From Singulisphaera sp. GP187 (GTDB lineage: Bacteria; Chloroflexota; Chloroflexia; Chloroflexales; Roseiflexaceae), in the NCBI GenBank assembly GCA_943328915.2, contig CALQBW020000004.1, forward strand, positions 379 to 64,378: a stretch of 64,000 bases of DNA. The letters are read 5' to 3'. Under the pieces are notes generated by a model, which saw nothing but the letters and a program-made list of their open reading frames with translations, was not told the origin of the DNA and searched no databases. Numbering within the stretch: position 1 is the stretch's first letter; every line of letters starts with the position of its first letter. Shown piece by piece: positions 8,544 through 18,106 of the stretch. The translations under genes and the position numbers were made by a program.

Positions 8544-9506
8544 TTATTGCCATTCACCATGAAAAACACCGGTTTCTTGGTTCATTCGGAAGGCCAAACG
8601 TAAGGCCCCTTCGGCAGGATCATATACCGACGTAGACTGTACAATAATCCCTTGTTCTGCTAACGCTGATTCCAATGCGCGTTGCAAGGGAATACCGTGG
8701 ACAATCATGCTTCCCGCAAGCGCAATCGGTACTGGATTTGCAAGTTGTAAACTACGCTGCACCGCAGCCACGGCGCGGGCAAGCTCAACCCCTGCGCGCT
8801 TGACGATATCCAACGCTACCACATCACCGGCTTCAGCAATTCGAATAACCAATGGACCGACATCACCGAGCATTGGCCGGGGATCGGCGAGCCCATACAA
8901 AAACGTAATAAAGTCCTCAGGGAGTTGGAGTTGCCAGTGACGCAACAACACCGGCAATAATTCAGTTGCTGGACCACGACCGTCTGCAGCCGATGCTGCA
9001 GCACGCAACGCCATAATCGCGAGATCATGACCACTGCCTTCGTCACCAAACAAATACCCCCAACCACCCGCACGACTCATCGCCCCCGACGCATCTCTGC
9101 CGACCGCAATAGATCCTGTGCCACATATCACCCCTATTCCGACGCCATCAGGGGTACCTGCAGCGATCACCAACCAGCCATCGTTGGCAATAAGCAGACG
9201 TTGGCTAATACCGCGTTGGCGAATCCACGATGCAACCATTGCTTCATCTTCAGGACGACTTACTCCTGCTAAGCCAGCACATAGCGCTTGAACAGGCTGT
9301 CGTCGCATCTGCGCATCAGCAAACGCTTTGGCAATTGCGCTATCGAGTTCGGCAAATGCGGCAGTTTTGTCGTGAGCATGGAAGTTACTTCCACCACTTC
9401 GTCCCCGACCGATAATCACACCACTTTGCGCATCACCAAGGAGTGCCACTGTTTTGCTGGCACCTCCATCAACGCCCAAAATGAGCGATTTGTTATTACT
9501 GTTCAT
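8544..9506 (-). CDS. BadF/BadG/BcrA/BcrD-type ATPase (N-acetylglucosamine kinase-like)
   Basis: ASKHA motifs LILGVDGGASKT, ICGTGSIA and GWGYLFGDEGSG. Start placed at the second ATG (9506); the track start 9530 is also possible. Confidence 0.8.
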   Translation of the reverse strand: MNSNNKSLILGVDGGASKTVALLGDAQSGVIIGRGRSGGSNFHAHDKTAAFAELDSAIAKAFADAQMRRQPVQALCAGLAGVSRPEDEAMVASWIRQRGISQRLLIANDGWLVIAAGTPDGVGIGVICGTGSIAVGRDASGAMSRAGGWGYLFGDEGSGHDLAIMALRAAASAADGRGPATELLPVLLRHWQLQLPEDFITFLYGLADPRPMLGDVGPLVIRIAEAGDVVALDIVKRAGVELARAVAAVQRSLQLANPVPIALAGSMIVHGIPLQRALESALAEQGIIVQSTSVYDPAEGALRLAFRMNQETGVFHGEWQ

Positions 9507-9569
9507 AGGGTATTTATGTGCACAAACCAAATGTCTGTACCCACCATAAAAAACAACGCTTTGAGAACA

Positions 9570-10034
9570 CTAGGCATTCGGGTCGTTTTTGGGATCGTAG
9601 GGAATAATATTGTCCCATTCATCGGCTCGTGATCGAGCGACGACGGCAACGACTTCCTCTGTGTCACTGATATTATAGACTTCGTGCGGAATACCAGGCT
9701 CGATGAAAATAAAATCACCGGCTTGATTATCAATCACATGCTTCAACCCGGGGCCATACGCATGACGGACGTGGCCCTGCAAAATATACAACATCACTTC
9801 GAAGTCAACATGGATGTGTGCAAATGCTACTGCACCGGGAGGGACGCGGGCCACATTCATTGACAAATGTTGGGCATTGGTGTTTTTGGATGACATTCCC
9901 AATTTATATTGGATGCCGTTCCAGCCGCGATCGCCACCACCCCCACGGATTACGGCAATCCCTTGGTCACCTTCGACTTGTAATTGCATTTCGGGTGACA
10001 CACCCGACCCTTCCATTTTTTCATTTGTAGTCAT
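9570..10034 (-). CDS. Cupin domain protein
   Basis: Cupin motifs ..FAHIHVDFEVMLYILQGH.. and ..GDFIFIEPGIPHEV.. Confidence 0.75.
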   Translation of the reverse strand: MTTNEKMEGSGVSPEMQLQVEGDQGIAVIRGGGGDRGWNGIQYKLGMSSKNTNAQHLSMNVARVPPGAVAFAHIHVDFEVMLYILQGHVRHAYGPGLKHVIDNQAGDFIFIEPGIPHEVYNISDTEEVVAVVARSRADEWDNIIPYDPKNDPNA

Positions 10035-10126
10035 ATGTGTTCCTTCCCGGATATAAAGGCATTTTTAAAAAATACCGTACCACAAATCTTGGATATTATA
10101 CCGTATTTTGCCGTGAAAAACAGATG

Positions 10127-11374
10127 TCACTCCGTGAATCCATAATGGTCATTGATCTCTTTTTGGTAGTTGGCTACGGTGCCATCCAGGACATCTGCAA
10201 CTGCCACACTGCGACCCAAGGCATTCGATTCAAGAATCGCATAGGCTGCAGCTAAATCGCGCAAACCTTCGCTTCCACTCGTCTCGGGGTCAGTGCCTTG
10301 GGAAATAGCATGTAACCAATCATATTGAGAAATCGCCGCAGGGTCAGTTAATCCCAACGGAAAAAATTTGTGTCGTTCTTGTTTGCTCATATCGCGCTGG
10401 AAGCGGTCAAGTAAAGACTCGCGCCGTCCATCTGGGTAAACCAATTGATCGCCACGGATCGCCGCCGCTGAGCCCACAAATGCAGGCCCTCCGTCAATTG
10501 TGACACTATCGGTCTGACCCGCCCAAGACCACCACAATTGCCCCATCGCTTTGCTTTCAAAGCGCAAGGTTGCCATGTATGTATCGTCAACATCTGCAGT
10601 CACACGCGACACACTTCCATCGGAATTCGTGTGGGTCCGTTCTGGGACGAATGTGGCCGCCATGGCACTGACTTCGCGCACTTCACCCATCACATAACGC
10701 ATCCAGTCCATTTGGTGGACACCGATATCGATACTACCACCACCACCACCACGCAGTTTTTGATGCCGCCACGGAGTTTCAGCGACAATTCGATTTGGTG
10801 ACCACAACCCTCCGAGCGAGCCGAGCACTGCAAACTGCGGTGTGCCGATCAACCCATGGGCAACTGCCCAATGTTGGGCGCGCACCAATTCCATTTGGCG
10901 CACATTTTCAAATACCCCGAGGGTCAATTGCTGTTTTTTCGCTAAATCGATCATCATCCAGCCAGCGCGCACGCTGATAGCAATAGGTTTTTGGACGAGT
11001 ACATGCTTACCAGCCAATAATGCCGCTCGTGCAACTTCGTGATGCACTGCCAACGTTGTGAAATCATTGATGGCGTCGACACACCCACTGGCAATCATGG
11101 CGTGATAATCGGAAAAAACTGCCACTTCGCCATCATGAATATCACTGACATATGTATGGGGTGCAGCGAGCGCATCACCACTGGCTGGGTCAACAACTGG
11201 AGGGCGAGGTGTCGGTCCGTCACCGCGTTTTCGAAACATCAACGCATCAGCGGGATTGCGAGCGCACAACGCGGTGATGCGAAAATTATCGATGCCTGAT
11301 TCACGGAGCCGCAAATAGCCTTGCAGATGGGCATTGAGGATGCGCCCACACCCTACAATCCCGATACGAATCAT
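10127..11374 (-). CDS. Gfo/Idh/MocA family oxidoreductase
   Basis: N-terminal Rossmann segment MIRIGIVGCGRI. Size and C-terminal alpha/beta domain are typical. ATGA overlap with the upstream paralog. Confidence 0.88.
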   Translation of the reverse strand: MIRIGIVGCGRILNAHLQGYLRLRESGIDNFRITALCARNPADALMFRKRGDGPTPRPPVVDPASGDALAAPHTYVSDIHDGEVAVFSDYHAMIASGCVDAINDFTTLAVHHEVARAALLAGKHVLVQKPIAISVRAGWMMIDLAKKQQLTLGVFENVRQMELVRAQHWAVAHGLIGTPQFAVLGSLGGLWSPNRIVAETPWRHQKLRGGGGGSIDIGVHQMDWMRYVMGEVREVSAMAATFVPERTHTNSDGSVSRVTADVDDTYMATLRFESKAMGQLWWSWAGQTDSVTIDGGPAFVGSAAAIRGDQLVYPDGRRESLLDRFQRDMSKQERHKFFPLGLTDPAAISQYDWLHAISQGTDPETSGSEGLRDLAAAYAILESNALGRSVAVADVLDGTVANYQKEINDHYGFTE

Positions 11375-12423
11375 GGTTGTACTCCAAGACGGTGCAGAGA
11401 CATTGGAGGCAATGGTAACGATATCACTTGATTCGTATTGGCAGAAAGAATCCCCGCTGTCAAGACATGCTGGGCCATTAGCGCTACTTCAGCTGAGCAT
11501 ATTTCCATCAGCGAAACTTCGTTTCGGATTACCGCAACAAAATGATCAAGTGGGTCGCGCATCCCTTCGGTCAATGCCGGGCAGCGGATTCCGACACCTT
11601 TGTCTGCTTCGGCATCTGCCAGATAGAGTTTGCCATTCGACGCCATCAACGTGCCCTTGTCGCCATAAAATATCGGTTCATAACTGGTCATGTGCCCTGA
11701 CTGTGTCCAAGACGCAGTAGCAGTCGAAATTGCCGTGGCATGTTGCATAATCATCACAGCGTTGTCTTCTGCCGGCAAATCATTTTTGCGTAACCGACCG
11801 GCAATCGTACTAACGCGATTGGGTAATCCGAGGAACATACAGGTCAATGCTGCCCCATAACAGCAATAGTCCATGATGACGCCCGCACCATTTCGATGAG
11901 GGTCATATAACCAATCAACAAATTGGGGAGAACACCCTAATTCACGTGGGCCACAATGAGCAGCCCGGTAATTTATTTGGAAAATATTGCCGATTTTGCC
12001 ACGTCGAATCATGGATAAAGCATGTTGAAGATTTGGCCACCAAGCAAATGGCCAATTGATCATCAATTTCACGCCGGCGCTTTTGGCTGCGCTGTACAAC
12101 GCAACGGCATCTGCATAATCAGCTGCCATCGGCTTTTCAAGCAAAATATGTAAGCCTTTCTTGGCGGCAGCGATACCATATTCAGTCCCTGAGCGATTAT
12201 CTCCAAAGATTGCCACCGCATCGAGTTCGTTTTTTTCTAGCATTTTAAAAGGATCTGGGTGTGTTTTGGTTATGCCGGTACGTTCTGCTTTTGCGCGAAG
12301 ATCGCTATCTGCATCCGCTGCAGCCACAATTTGCACGGTAGTGTTGCTCTTCGCGTGTGCAATGAAATCCCATACGTGGTCATGGCTGAGTCCCATAATG
12401 CCAATTCGCAAGTCATTACCCAT
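11371..12423 (-). CDS. Gfo/Idh/MocA family oxidoreductase
   Basis: LRIGIMGLSHDHVW.. Rossmann start. Start moved to ATG 12423, which sits 9 nt behind AAGGAG. Confidence 0.85.
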   Translation of the reverse strand: MGNDLRIGIMGLSHDHVWDFIAHAKSNTTVQIVAAADADSDLRAKAERTGITKTHPDPFKMLEKNELDAVAIFGDNRSGTEYGIAAAKKGLHILLEKPMAADYADAVALYSAAKSAGVKLMINWPFAWWPNLQHALSMIRRGKIGNIFQINYRAAHCGPRELGCSPQFVDWLYDPHRNGAGVIMDYCCYGAALTCMFLGLPNRVSTIAGRLRKNDLPAEDNAVMIMQHATAISTATASWTQSGHMTSYEPIFYGDKGTLMASNGKLYLADAEADKGVGIRCPALTEGMRDPLDHFVAVIRNEVSLMEICSAEVALMAQHVLTAGILSANTNQVISLPLPPMSLHRLGVQP

Positions 12424-12467
12424 CACATTACACTCCTTACATAAAAACAACATTGTTCATGGGGTAA

Positions 12468-12476
12468 ATTATACCA
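12468..12476 (-). promoter_or_regulatory. Candidate extended -10 element TGGTATAAT for the Gfo-Gfo-cupin-kinase operon
   Basis: The minus strand reads TGGTATAAT 44 nt upstream of ATG 12423. Confidence 0.4.
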
Positions 12477-12581
12477 AATAATATCTTCACAATTGCATGA
12501 TTGATTATTTTGTGTCGGTTATCGTTAATTTCTTATGGTTTTGTGCAAAAAATCCAAATTATGACTGATTTATGCTAAAAA

Positions 12582-13784
12582 TTACAAAATCTTAACTACG
12601 GATGTTGGGGTTTTTCGTGGTAATCGACTGGCAACGAAGATCGACATAGTAATCATTATCAATCCAGCACAGGTGAACGATACTGGATAGCCATATCCAG
12701 CGACGATTTGACCACCAATAGTTGCGCCCACCACCCCGCCCAACGCTGCAATTGTATGATATAACCCTGCCAACCGGCCACGGCGTTGCCGCAAACCTAA
12801 TTCAGTTGCGACCAATAGCGCGGGAGTTTCGTAGCTTGAATAAGTCAACGATCGCATCATCTGTAAAGGAAAAATTCCCCACGTCGGGGCAATAAATTGG
12901 TACAGCACATAAATACTGCCTTGACCAATCAACCCAGTCATCAACAACGGTCGTCGTCCCCACCGATCTGCAAAATAACCTGACAACGTCAATCCAGGAA
13001 CTTCGCCTGCCGCCGCCAAGGCCCATAAACCGCTAATCAGAATTTGGGAATATCCAATGGAATGCATGAAAGCAGGCCATTGCCAAGCCACTGCGCCCAT
13101 CCCATAAAACCACGTAAAAACCACGGCAAAATAAACCACCATGGTACGCATTGGAAAATTACTCGTGTGCGCAGAGGCGGTTGAAACGACGTCGGGAACT
13201 GGCACTTCCGTCCGCGACGCTTCTCGAATCCCCAATGCAGCGATACAGCCGATACCCAACATCACTGCAGCAATAACAATCGGCACCCACAACCCGGCAT
13301 TGTCTGCAATAAAACCACCCATAATTGCAGTGCATGCAAATGCAAGTGAGCCAGTGGTACGAAAAAATCCAAGCATACGCCCACGTGATGTGGCATCTTC
13401 TATTAAATCACCCGCTAATGCGAGGCTGCCTGCATTGAATCCAGCCGTTGCCACTCCTAACACAAGTTGCGCCACCACCACCAACCAAACCATCCTTGTC
13501 AACGCAATGACCAGCATTGCAAGTGCGGACAGCCCTAGCGCAAGCATAATAATCGGGCGGCGTTGGCCAATGCGGTCCGAACGTAACCCCCACAAATATG
13601 GTGCAGCCAATGAACCAAATTGTTGTGCCGCAAACATAATCCCCACAAGCGCCGGTCCCGCCCCGAGTGTTGCAAAGTGGTTTGCCAGCAATGGGACAGT
13701 CAATCCGTTAGCCGCAAACAAGCCAGCTTGGCTCAGCGTCAAAAACCGCATTGAACGCTGATTATGGAGAAGCAATGACTGCAT
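12582..13784 (-). CDS. MFS transporter
   Basis: 400 aa, about 12 TM segments, with an ..GLRSDRIGQRRP.. loop motif between TM2 and TM3. Confidence 0.85.
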   Translation of the reverse strand: MQSLLLHNQRSMRFLTLSQAGLFAANGLTVPLLANHFATLGAGPALVGIMFAAQQFGSLAAPYLWGLRSDRIGQRRPIIMLALGLSALAMLVIALTRMVWLVVVAQLVLGVATAGFNAGSLALAGDLIEDATSRGRMLGFFRTTGSLAFACTAIMGGFIADNAGLWVPIVIAAVMLGIGCIAALGIREASRTEVPVPDVVSTASAHTSNFPMRTMVVYFAVVFTWFYGMGAVAWQWPAFMHSIGYSQILISGLWALAAAGEVPGLTLSGYFADRWGRRPLLMTGLIGQGSIYVLYQFIAPTWGIFPLQMMRSLTYSSYETPALLVATELGLRQRRGRLAGLYHTIAALGGVVGATIGGQIVAGYGYPVSFTCAGLIMITMSIFVASRLPRKTPTSVVKIL

Positions 13785-13848
13785 TTTGAACCTTTATTCC
13801 TGATGAAATGATGGGTGAATTGTGCACACCAATACGAGAAAGAATGCC

Positions 13849-14157
13849 CTATGGTACCACATCAGTTGGAATCCATAAGCAACCAGTTAAATCAACTTGG
13901 CGTATATTGTGCATCGGCACGCCTTCGTCACGCAACAATTCATACTGTGTTGTGGCATCAGGCGACGTGATTTGTCCGTTGGCTGCTACGACGCGCCACC
14001 ACGGCAATCCCTCTCCGCGATAAGTTGCTAATGCCCAGCCAACCCCACGGGCGCCTCGAGGGACAGGAATAACTCGAGCGATACTGCCATATGTCGTCAC
14101 CCGTCCAATCGGAATACTCATAACGATCTCATAGACACCACTATATTTATTCCCCAT
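13849..14157 (-). CDS. Alkyltransferase-like (ATL) protein: MGMT DNA-binding domain without the acceptor cysteine
   Basis: ..GRVTTYGSIA..ARGVGWALA..LPWWRVVAANGQI.. The PCHR active-site motif reads P-W-W-R (13993..14004). Start moved to ATG 14157 behind GGAGGAA. Confidence 0.8.
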   Translation of the reverse strand: MGNKYSGVYEIVMSIPIGRVTTYGSIARVIPVPRGARGVGWALATYRGEGLPWWRVVAANGQITSPDATTQYELLRDEGVPMHNIRQVDLTGCLWIPTDVVP

Positions 14158-14170
14158 CCCGATTCCTCCA

Positions 14171-14179
14171 TGGTACAAT
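14171..14179 (+). promoter_or_regulatory. Candidate extended -10 element TGGTACAAT for the PBP gene
   Basis: Located 31 nt upstream of ATG 14211. Confidence 0.35.
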
Positions 14180-14210
14180 CAACTAAGTTTTTGTAGTTGC
14201 GAGAATAAGC

Positions 14211-17036
14211 ATGGCACCATCGTCTTCACAGCAGCCTCGTCGCCGCAACGGTATCAACGATAAAAGCAATTTCCCGCTCAACCGACGTAACCGCAAAAAA
14301 AATATACCCTCCGCACTCTTCCCGCGACTTATGTTGGGGTGTGTGACTACAATTGTACTCGTCCTGGTGGTTGCCATCGGGATAGGATTTGCCACCTACA
14401 ATTCATTGACTGCTGAATTAATTCCACGCCTTGAAAGTATCAAAGGAAGGACCACTTTTGAAACCAGTCGATTATACGATCGCAATGGCAAAATTCTCTA
14501 TGAGTTTTTTGGGACAGGCAGAAGAACAAAGGTCTCATTAACGAGTATCTCGAAACAATTGATTGGCGGTACCGTATCAATTGAAGATAAAACGTTTTTT
14601 ACCAATCCTGGTGTTGACTGGGTGGGTATTTTACGAGCCGCATTGCGTAGTGCAACTGCGGGCGAAGTCGTGGGCGGCGGTTCTACTATTTCACAACAGG
14701 TCATCAAACAAGTGGTGCTTACTGAACAAGAGCGCGCCACAGATATGCAAAGTAAATTACGCCGGAAAGTCCTTGAATTGGTCATGGCGCAAGAGCTTTC
14801 ACGTCAATTTAGTAAATCTGAAATCCTCGAACTCTATCTCAACGAAATCTATTACGGTAATTTGGCATATGGAATCGAAGCTGCTTCGAATACATATTTC
14901 AAGACAACGGCTGATAAACTCACGCTGCCGCAATCTGCGTTACTCGCTGGGATGCCACAATTACCATCAGTATATGACCCTTATCTCTATATCACGAACA
15001 ATACTCTCCCCGGGGTAGCGTTACCAAAAGGGTGGTTAAATCCTAATTTCGAACTCAGCGCTGATTTAGCACCGACTAAATGGCGGCAAATTTCGGTCCT
15101 TCGCCAAATGGTTGCCAACAACTATATTACAGAATCTGACGCAATAGACGCTGCGCAACAAGATCTGGTATTTGCTGGCCAAGAAGTCCCCATCATCGCT
15201 CCTCATTTCGTGTTTTATGTCCGGCACCAGCTTGAAGAACTCTATGGTCCACAATTTGCTACCCTTGGATATTCTATTTACACAACAATTGACCTCGAGT
15301 TGCAACAAACCGCCCAAAAGCTTGCAGCCGAACGCATTGATACACTTAAAGACCGCAATATTCACAATGCAGCAGTAGTTGTTTTGCAACCAAATACAGG
15401 GCAAGTGCTGGCAATGGTCGGGAGTGTTGATTACAATCGCAGTGAAATGACAACAACTGCGGGGTTTGAAGGCAACGTGCTCGATGGGCAAGTCAATGTT
15501 ACAACCAATTTACGTCAACCAGGATCCGCACTTAAGCCATTTACATATATCTCGGCGATGGAACAAGGGATGACGCCTGCTTCGATTTTGTGGGATGTGC
15601 AGACGACATTCCCTTCGACGGGTACTGACCGCTACGAGCCAAAAAACTATAATGGAAAATGGAATGGTCCAGTGCGGATGCGCCAATCAGTGGCTAATTC
15701 GCTGAACATGCCTGCAATTGAAGCACTCAAATATGCGGGTATTAGTAACACTATTGATTTACTTCATCGCGCAGGCATTACTTCACTCAAACGTGGTGAA
15801 GGATTTTACGGGTTAGCGTTGACATTGGGCGGCGGAGAAGTCACCCCGCTCGATTTGACTACAGCCTACAACACCTTGGCGAGCAATGGCCATTATTACC
15901 CACCTACTTCAATCCTCAAAGTCGTAAATGCCACCGGTCAAACGATTGAACAATTTACCCCAACGGTGCTCACTCCCGTTATTAACCCCGAATTAGTCAG
16001 TATCATGGCAGATATGATGAGTGACGATAATGCCCGTGCAGGTATTTGGGGCCTCAATTCTAAGCTCAAATTAACACGACCGGCAGCAGTCAAAACCGGG
16101 ACTTCAAACGACTGGCGCGACGCATGGGCGATTGGATTTACCCCTTATGTCACAATTGGTGTATGGACGGGCAATAACAACAACGAACCCACCGGCCATG
16201 TCGAAAGTCTTACCGGCGGCGGCATGATTTGGCGTAATTTAATGGAATACATTTTCACAAACGAGCGTCTCAACACATTGTTGGCAGAACCTTTTGCTGG
16301 TAAACTGCCAACCAATTTTACGCGTGCCCAAGGCCTACAAGAATTACCTATCTGTCATTTGCCCGGTCCATTCAATAACCGCGACACAGAACTGTTTACC
16401 CGTACGATGTTGCCGATGCCGGTACCCCCACCTTCTGGTGCTACCAATCCAAGTGATCCGACCATCCTCCCTGCTTCTGACCCGCTAATCGATCCCTGCT
16501 CCGGATTATTGCTACCCGTAAGTGTCGTGGCCATAACCGATACAATTCCACTTTCTGGCGTAATAACCGATACTGCTATTTTGATTAAAACCGTCTGTAT
16601 GCCGACCCCAGAACTTTTGGCTCCACCTGAACGCAAAATGGACGGCGTTGCATGGGTATTGCCGTTAGCTGAGCCTGGTATCAACTCGTTATTCCAATGG
16701 GAACTATTCAGTAATGCCGTCGATCGCCAACCTCGGATTTTACCAATTGATTCGGCGACGATCCCACAATGCACCACCGAAATACTCGGCGCCTTTGGTC
16801 CTCCTGTACCAGGAGCAGTAAGAATGCCTGATTTGCGCCATCTGGATGCGCAAATAGCCCAAACTACGATGGCAGCGCTTGGGATAACTTCCGTGTATGT
16901 CGATTTACAATCACGTGATCGCATCCCCAGTGAATTTGATAGTTATCAACCGAATGAGGTAATCAGTACCCTCCCCGCCCAAGGAGGTTGGATTTTGCCC
17001 GGCACCACCGTGGTGATCGGAGCCAGAGCACCATAA
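14211..17036 (+). CDS. Class A penicillin-binding protein (transglycosylase + transpeptidase) with C-terminal PASTA-like domain
   Basis: N-terminal TM anchor. GT51 motifs SIEDKTFF and GGSTISQQ. Transpeptidase motifs GSALKPF (SxxK) and KTGTS. The last ~70 aa look PASTA-like. Confidence 0.92.
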   Translation: MAPSSSQQPRRRNGINDKSNFPLNRRNRKKNIPSALFPRLMLGCVTTIVLVLVVAIGIGFATYNSLTAELIPRLESIKGRTTFETSRLYDRNGKILYEFFGTGRRTKVSLTSISKQLIGGTVSIEDKTFFTNPGVDWVGILRAALRSATAGEVVGGGSTISQQVIKQVVLTEQERATDMQSKLRRKVLELVMAQELSRQFSKSEILELYLNEIYYGNLAYGIEAASNTYFKTTADKLTLPQSALLAGMPQLPSVYDPYLYITNNTLPGVALPKGWLNPNFELSADLAPTKWRQISVLRQMVANNYITESDAIDAAQQDLVFAGQEVPIIAPHFVFYVRHQLEELYGPQFATLGYSIYTTIDLELQQTAQKLAAERIDTLKDRNIHNAAVVVLQPNTGQVLAMVGSVDYNRSEMTTTAGFEGNVLDGQVNVTTNLRQPGSALKPFTYISAMEQGMTPASILWDVQTTFPSTGTDRYEPKNYNGKWNGPVRMRQSVANSLNMPAIEALKYAGISNTIDLLHRAGITSLKRGEGFYGLALTLGGGEVTPLDLTTAYNTLASNGHYYPPTSILKVVNATGQTIEQFTPTVLTPVINPELVSIMADMMSDDNARAGIWGLNSKLKLTRPAAVKTGTSNDWRDAWAIGFTPYVTIGVWTGNNNNEPTGHVESLTGGGMIWRNLMEYIFTNERLNTLLAEPFAGKLPTNFTRAQGLQELPICHLPGPFNNRDTELFTRTMLPMPVPPPSGATNPSDPTILPASDPLIDPCSGLLLPVSVVAITDTIPLSGVITDTAILIKTVCMPTPELLAPPERKMDGVAWVLPLAEPGINSLFQWELFSNAVDRQPRILPIDSATIPQCTTEILGAFGPPVPGAVRMPDLRHLDAQIAQTTMAALGITSVYVDLQSRDRIPSEFDSYQPNEVISTLPAQGGWILPGTTVVIGARAP

Positions 17037-17038
17037 TA

Positions 17039-18106
17039 TTAAAGTTCACGCACTTTTTGTAAAACGGTTTCAAGATCGGCTGGACTATGTCCAGCCATCA
17101 TCATTTCGTGGGCAATTGTGTGCCACCACGGCGTATTGGCGGTCACCGTAATGCCCCAACCCAGCAAAATCGAATCAGCAGCGGGAATTCGCTCAACAAG
17201 CGCAACCACACTTGTTGCTCCACGAATCAAAAGTGGCGGTGGATCAATGGTTCGGTTAATTTTTTTCTCGGCAAACAGTAGCTTTTCCGCAGTTTGCCCA
17301 AACCATGCATCATGCCACGTAACCGGTAAATGTGCTTTGATTTGATTGGCGTACCACGTTACAGAGGCTGGTTGAGTAGGTGGAAGTTTCAAAGGGAAAT
17401 CACTTCCAAACAGTATTTTATGAGGAGCCACTGTCAGCGCCACATGCACAATTTTGGCGATATCTGGGTAAATCAACGATCCCGCCGCAGTATCATAATA
17501 GACATTTGCAAGAGTACGCGCCACATTCGGCATCATTTCATAAAAAAACAATCCACCACCCCAATGGGCGAGAATTAATCGTAACTCCGGGAAGCGAGCT
17601 GCTACTTCGTAACAATCTACCAATGGGATATTCACTTTGCCTGGGTAGGCAGATCCCACCGGTTCATTTACATGGAGTAAAAGTGGTATCTCATGGCGGG
17701 CACAATATTCGGCACAGCGTAGGAATCCTGCATCACGGAGGGAAAAACCTTGTGCAATCGGATTCAGTTCACCTACTCCGCACATCCCTTTCGCAATTCC
17801 TCGCTCGATTTCGTCACACGCATTCGGATGATTTGGTTGCACCACTACAAACGCTTGGATGCGTGTCGGAGCTCCCTGTATTGCTTGTTGCACGCTACGA
17901 TTACGTGCCACACACGTAGCATGATGTCGGTAATATTCGCCTTGCCACACCGCCATATCAAGCCCTGCATCCTCACGGGCTGCCACAATTGCCTGAACAT
18001 CCGCATAATCTTGCACTTTTGTATTGCTATGAAGCCATGTTTGGTATGGCTCGTCGGGGTAGGTAGGTGGGATGGGCAAAAAATGGTGGTGAATGTCAAT
18101 CCGCAT
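17039..18106 (-). CDS. Amidohydrolase-2 family metal-dependent hydrolase (TIM barrel)
   Basis: MRIDIHHHFLP metal-binding start and ..ILAHWGGG.. / ..FGSDFP.. motifs, plus a ~70-aa unassigned C-terminal extension. Confidence 0.75.
   Translation of the reverse strand: MRIDIHHHFLPIPPTYPDEPYQTWLHSNTKVQDYADVQAIVAAREDAGLDMAVWQGEYYRHHATCVARNRSVQQAIQGAPTRIQAFVVVQPNHPNACDEIERGIAKGMCGVGELNPIAQGFSLRDAGFLRCAEYCARHEIPLLLHVNEPVGSAYPGKVNIPLVDCYEVAARFPELRLILAHWGGGLFFYEMMPNVARTLANVYYDTAAGSLIYPDIAKIVHVALTVAPHKILFGSDFPLKLPPTQPASVTWYANQIKAHLPVTWHDAWFGQTAEKLLFAEKKINRTIDPPPLLIRGATSVVALVERIPAADSILLGWGITVTANTPWWHTIAHEMMMAGHSPADLETVLQKVREL

Noticed and set aside
13141-13761. 206-aa plus-strand ORF antisense to the MFS transporter. 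Similar long antisense ORFs occur at 1974..2576, 3282..3884, 51764..52369, 55008..55769 and 60437..60913.
   Set aside because: All lie entirely inside strongly supported genes on the other strand. Their Ala/Arg/Pro/Ser-rich translations are typical of shadow frames in GC-moderate DNA, and none has a domain signal.
17039-17250. C-terminal ~70-aa extension of the amidohydrolase (..GATSVVALVERIPAADSILLGWGITV..HSPADLETVLQKVREL), possibly a DUF1858-like small helical domain.
   Set aside because: The resemblance is only a vague pattern from memory. It is not strong enough to assert without a profile search.
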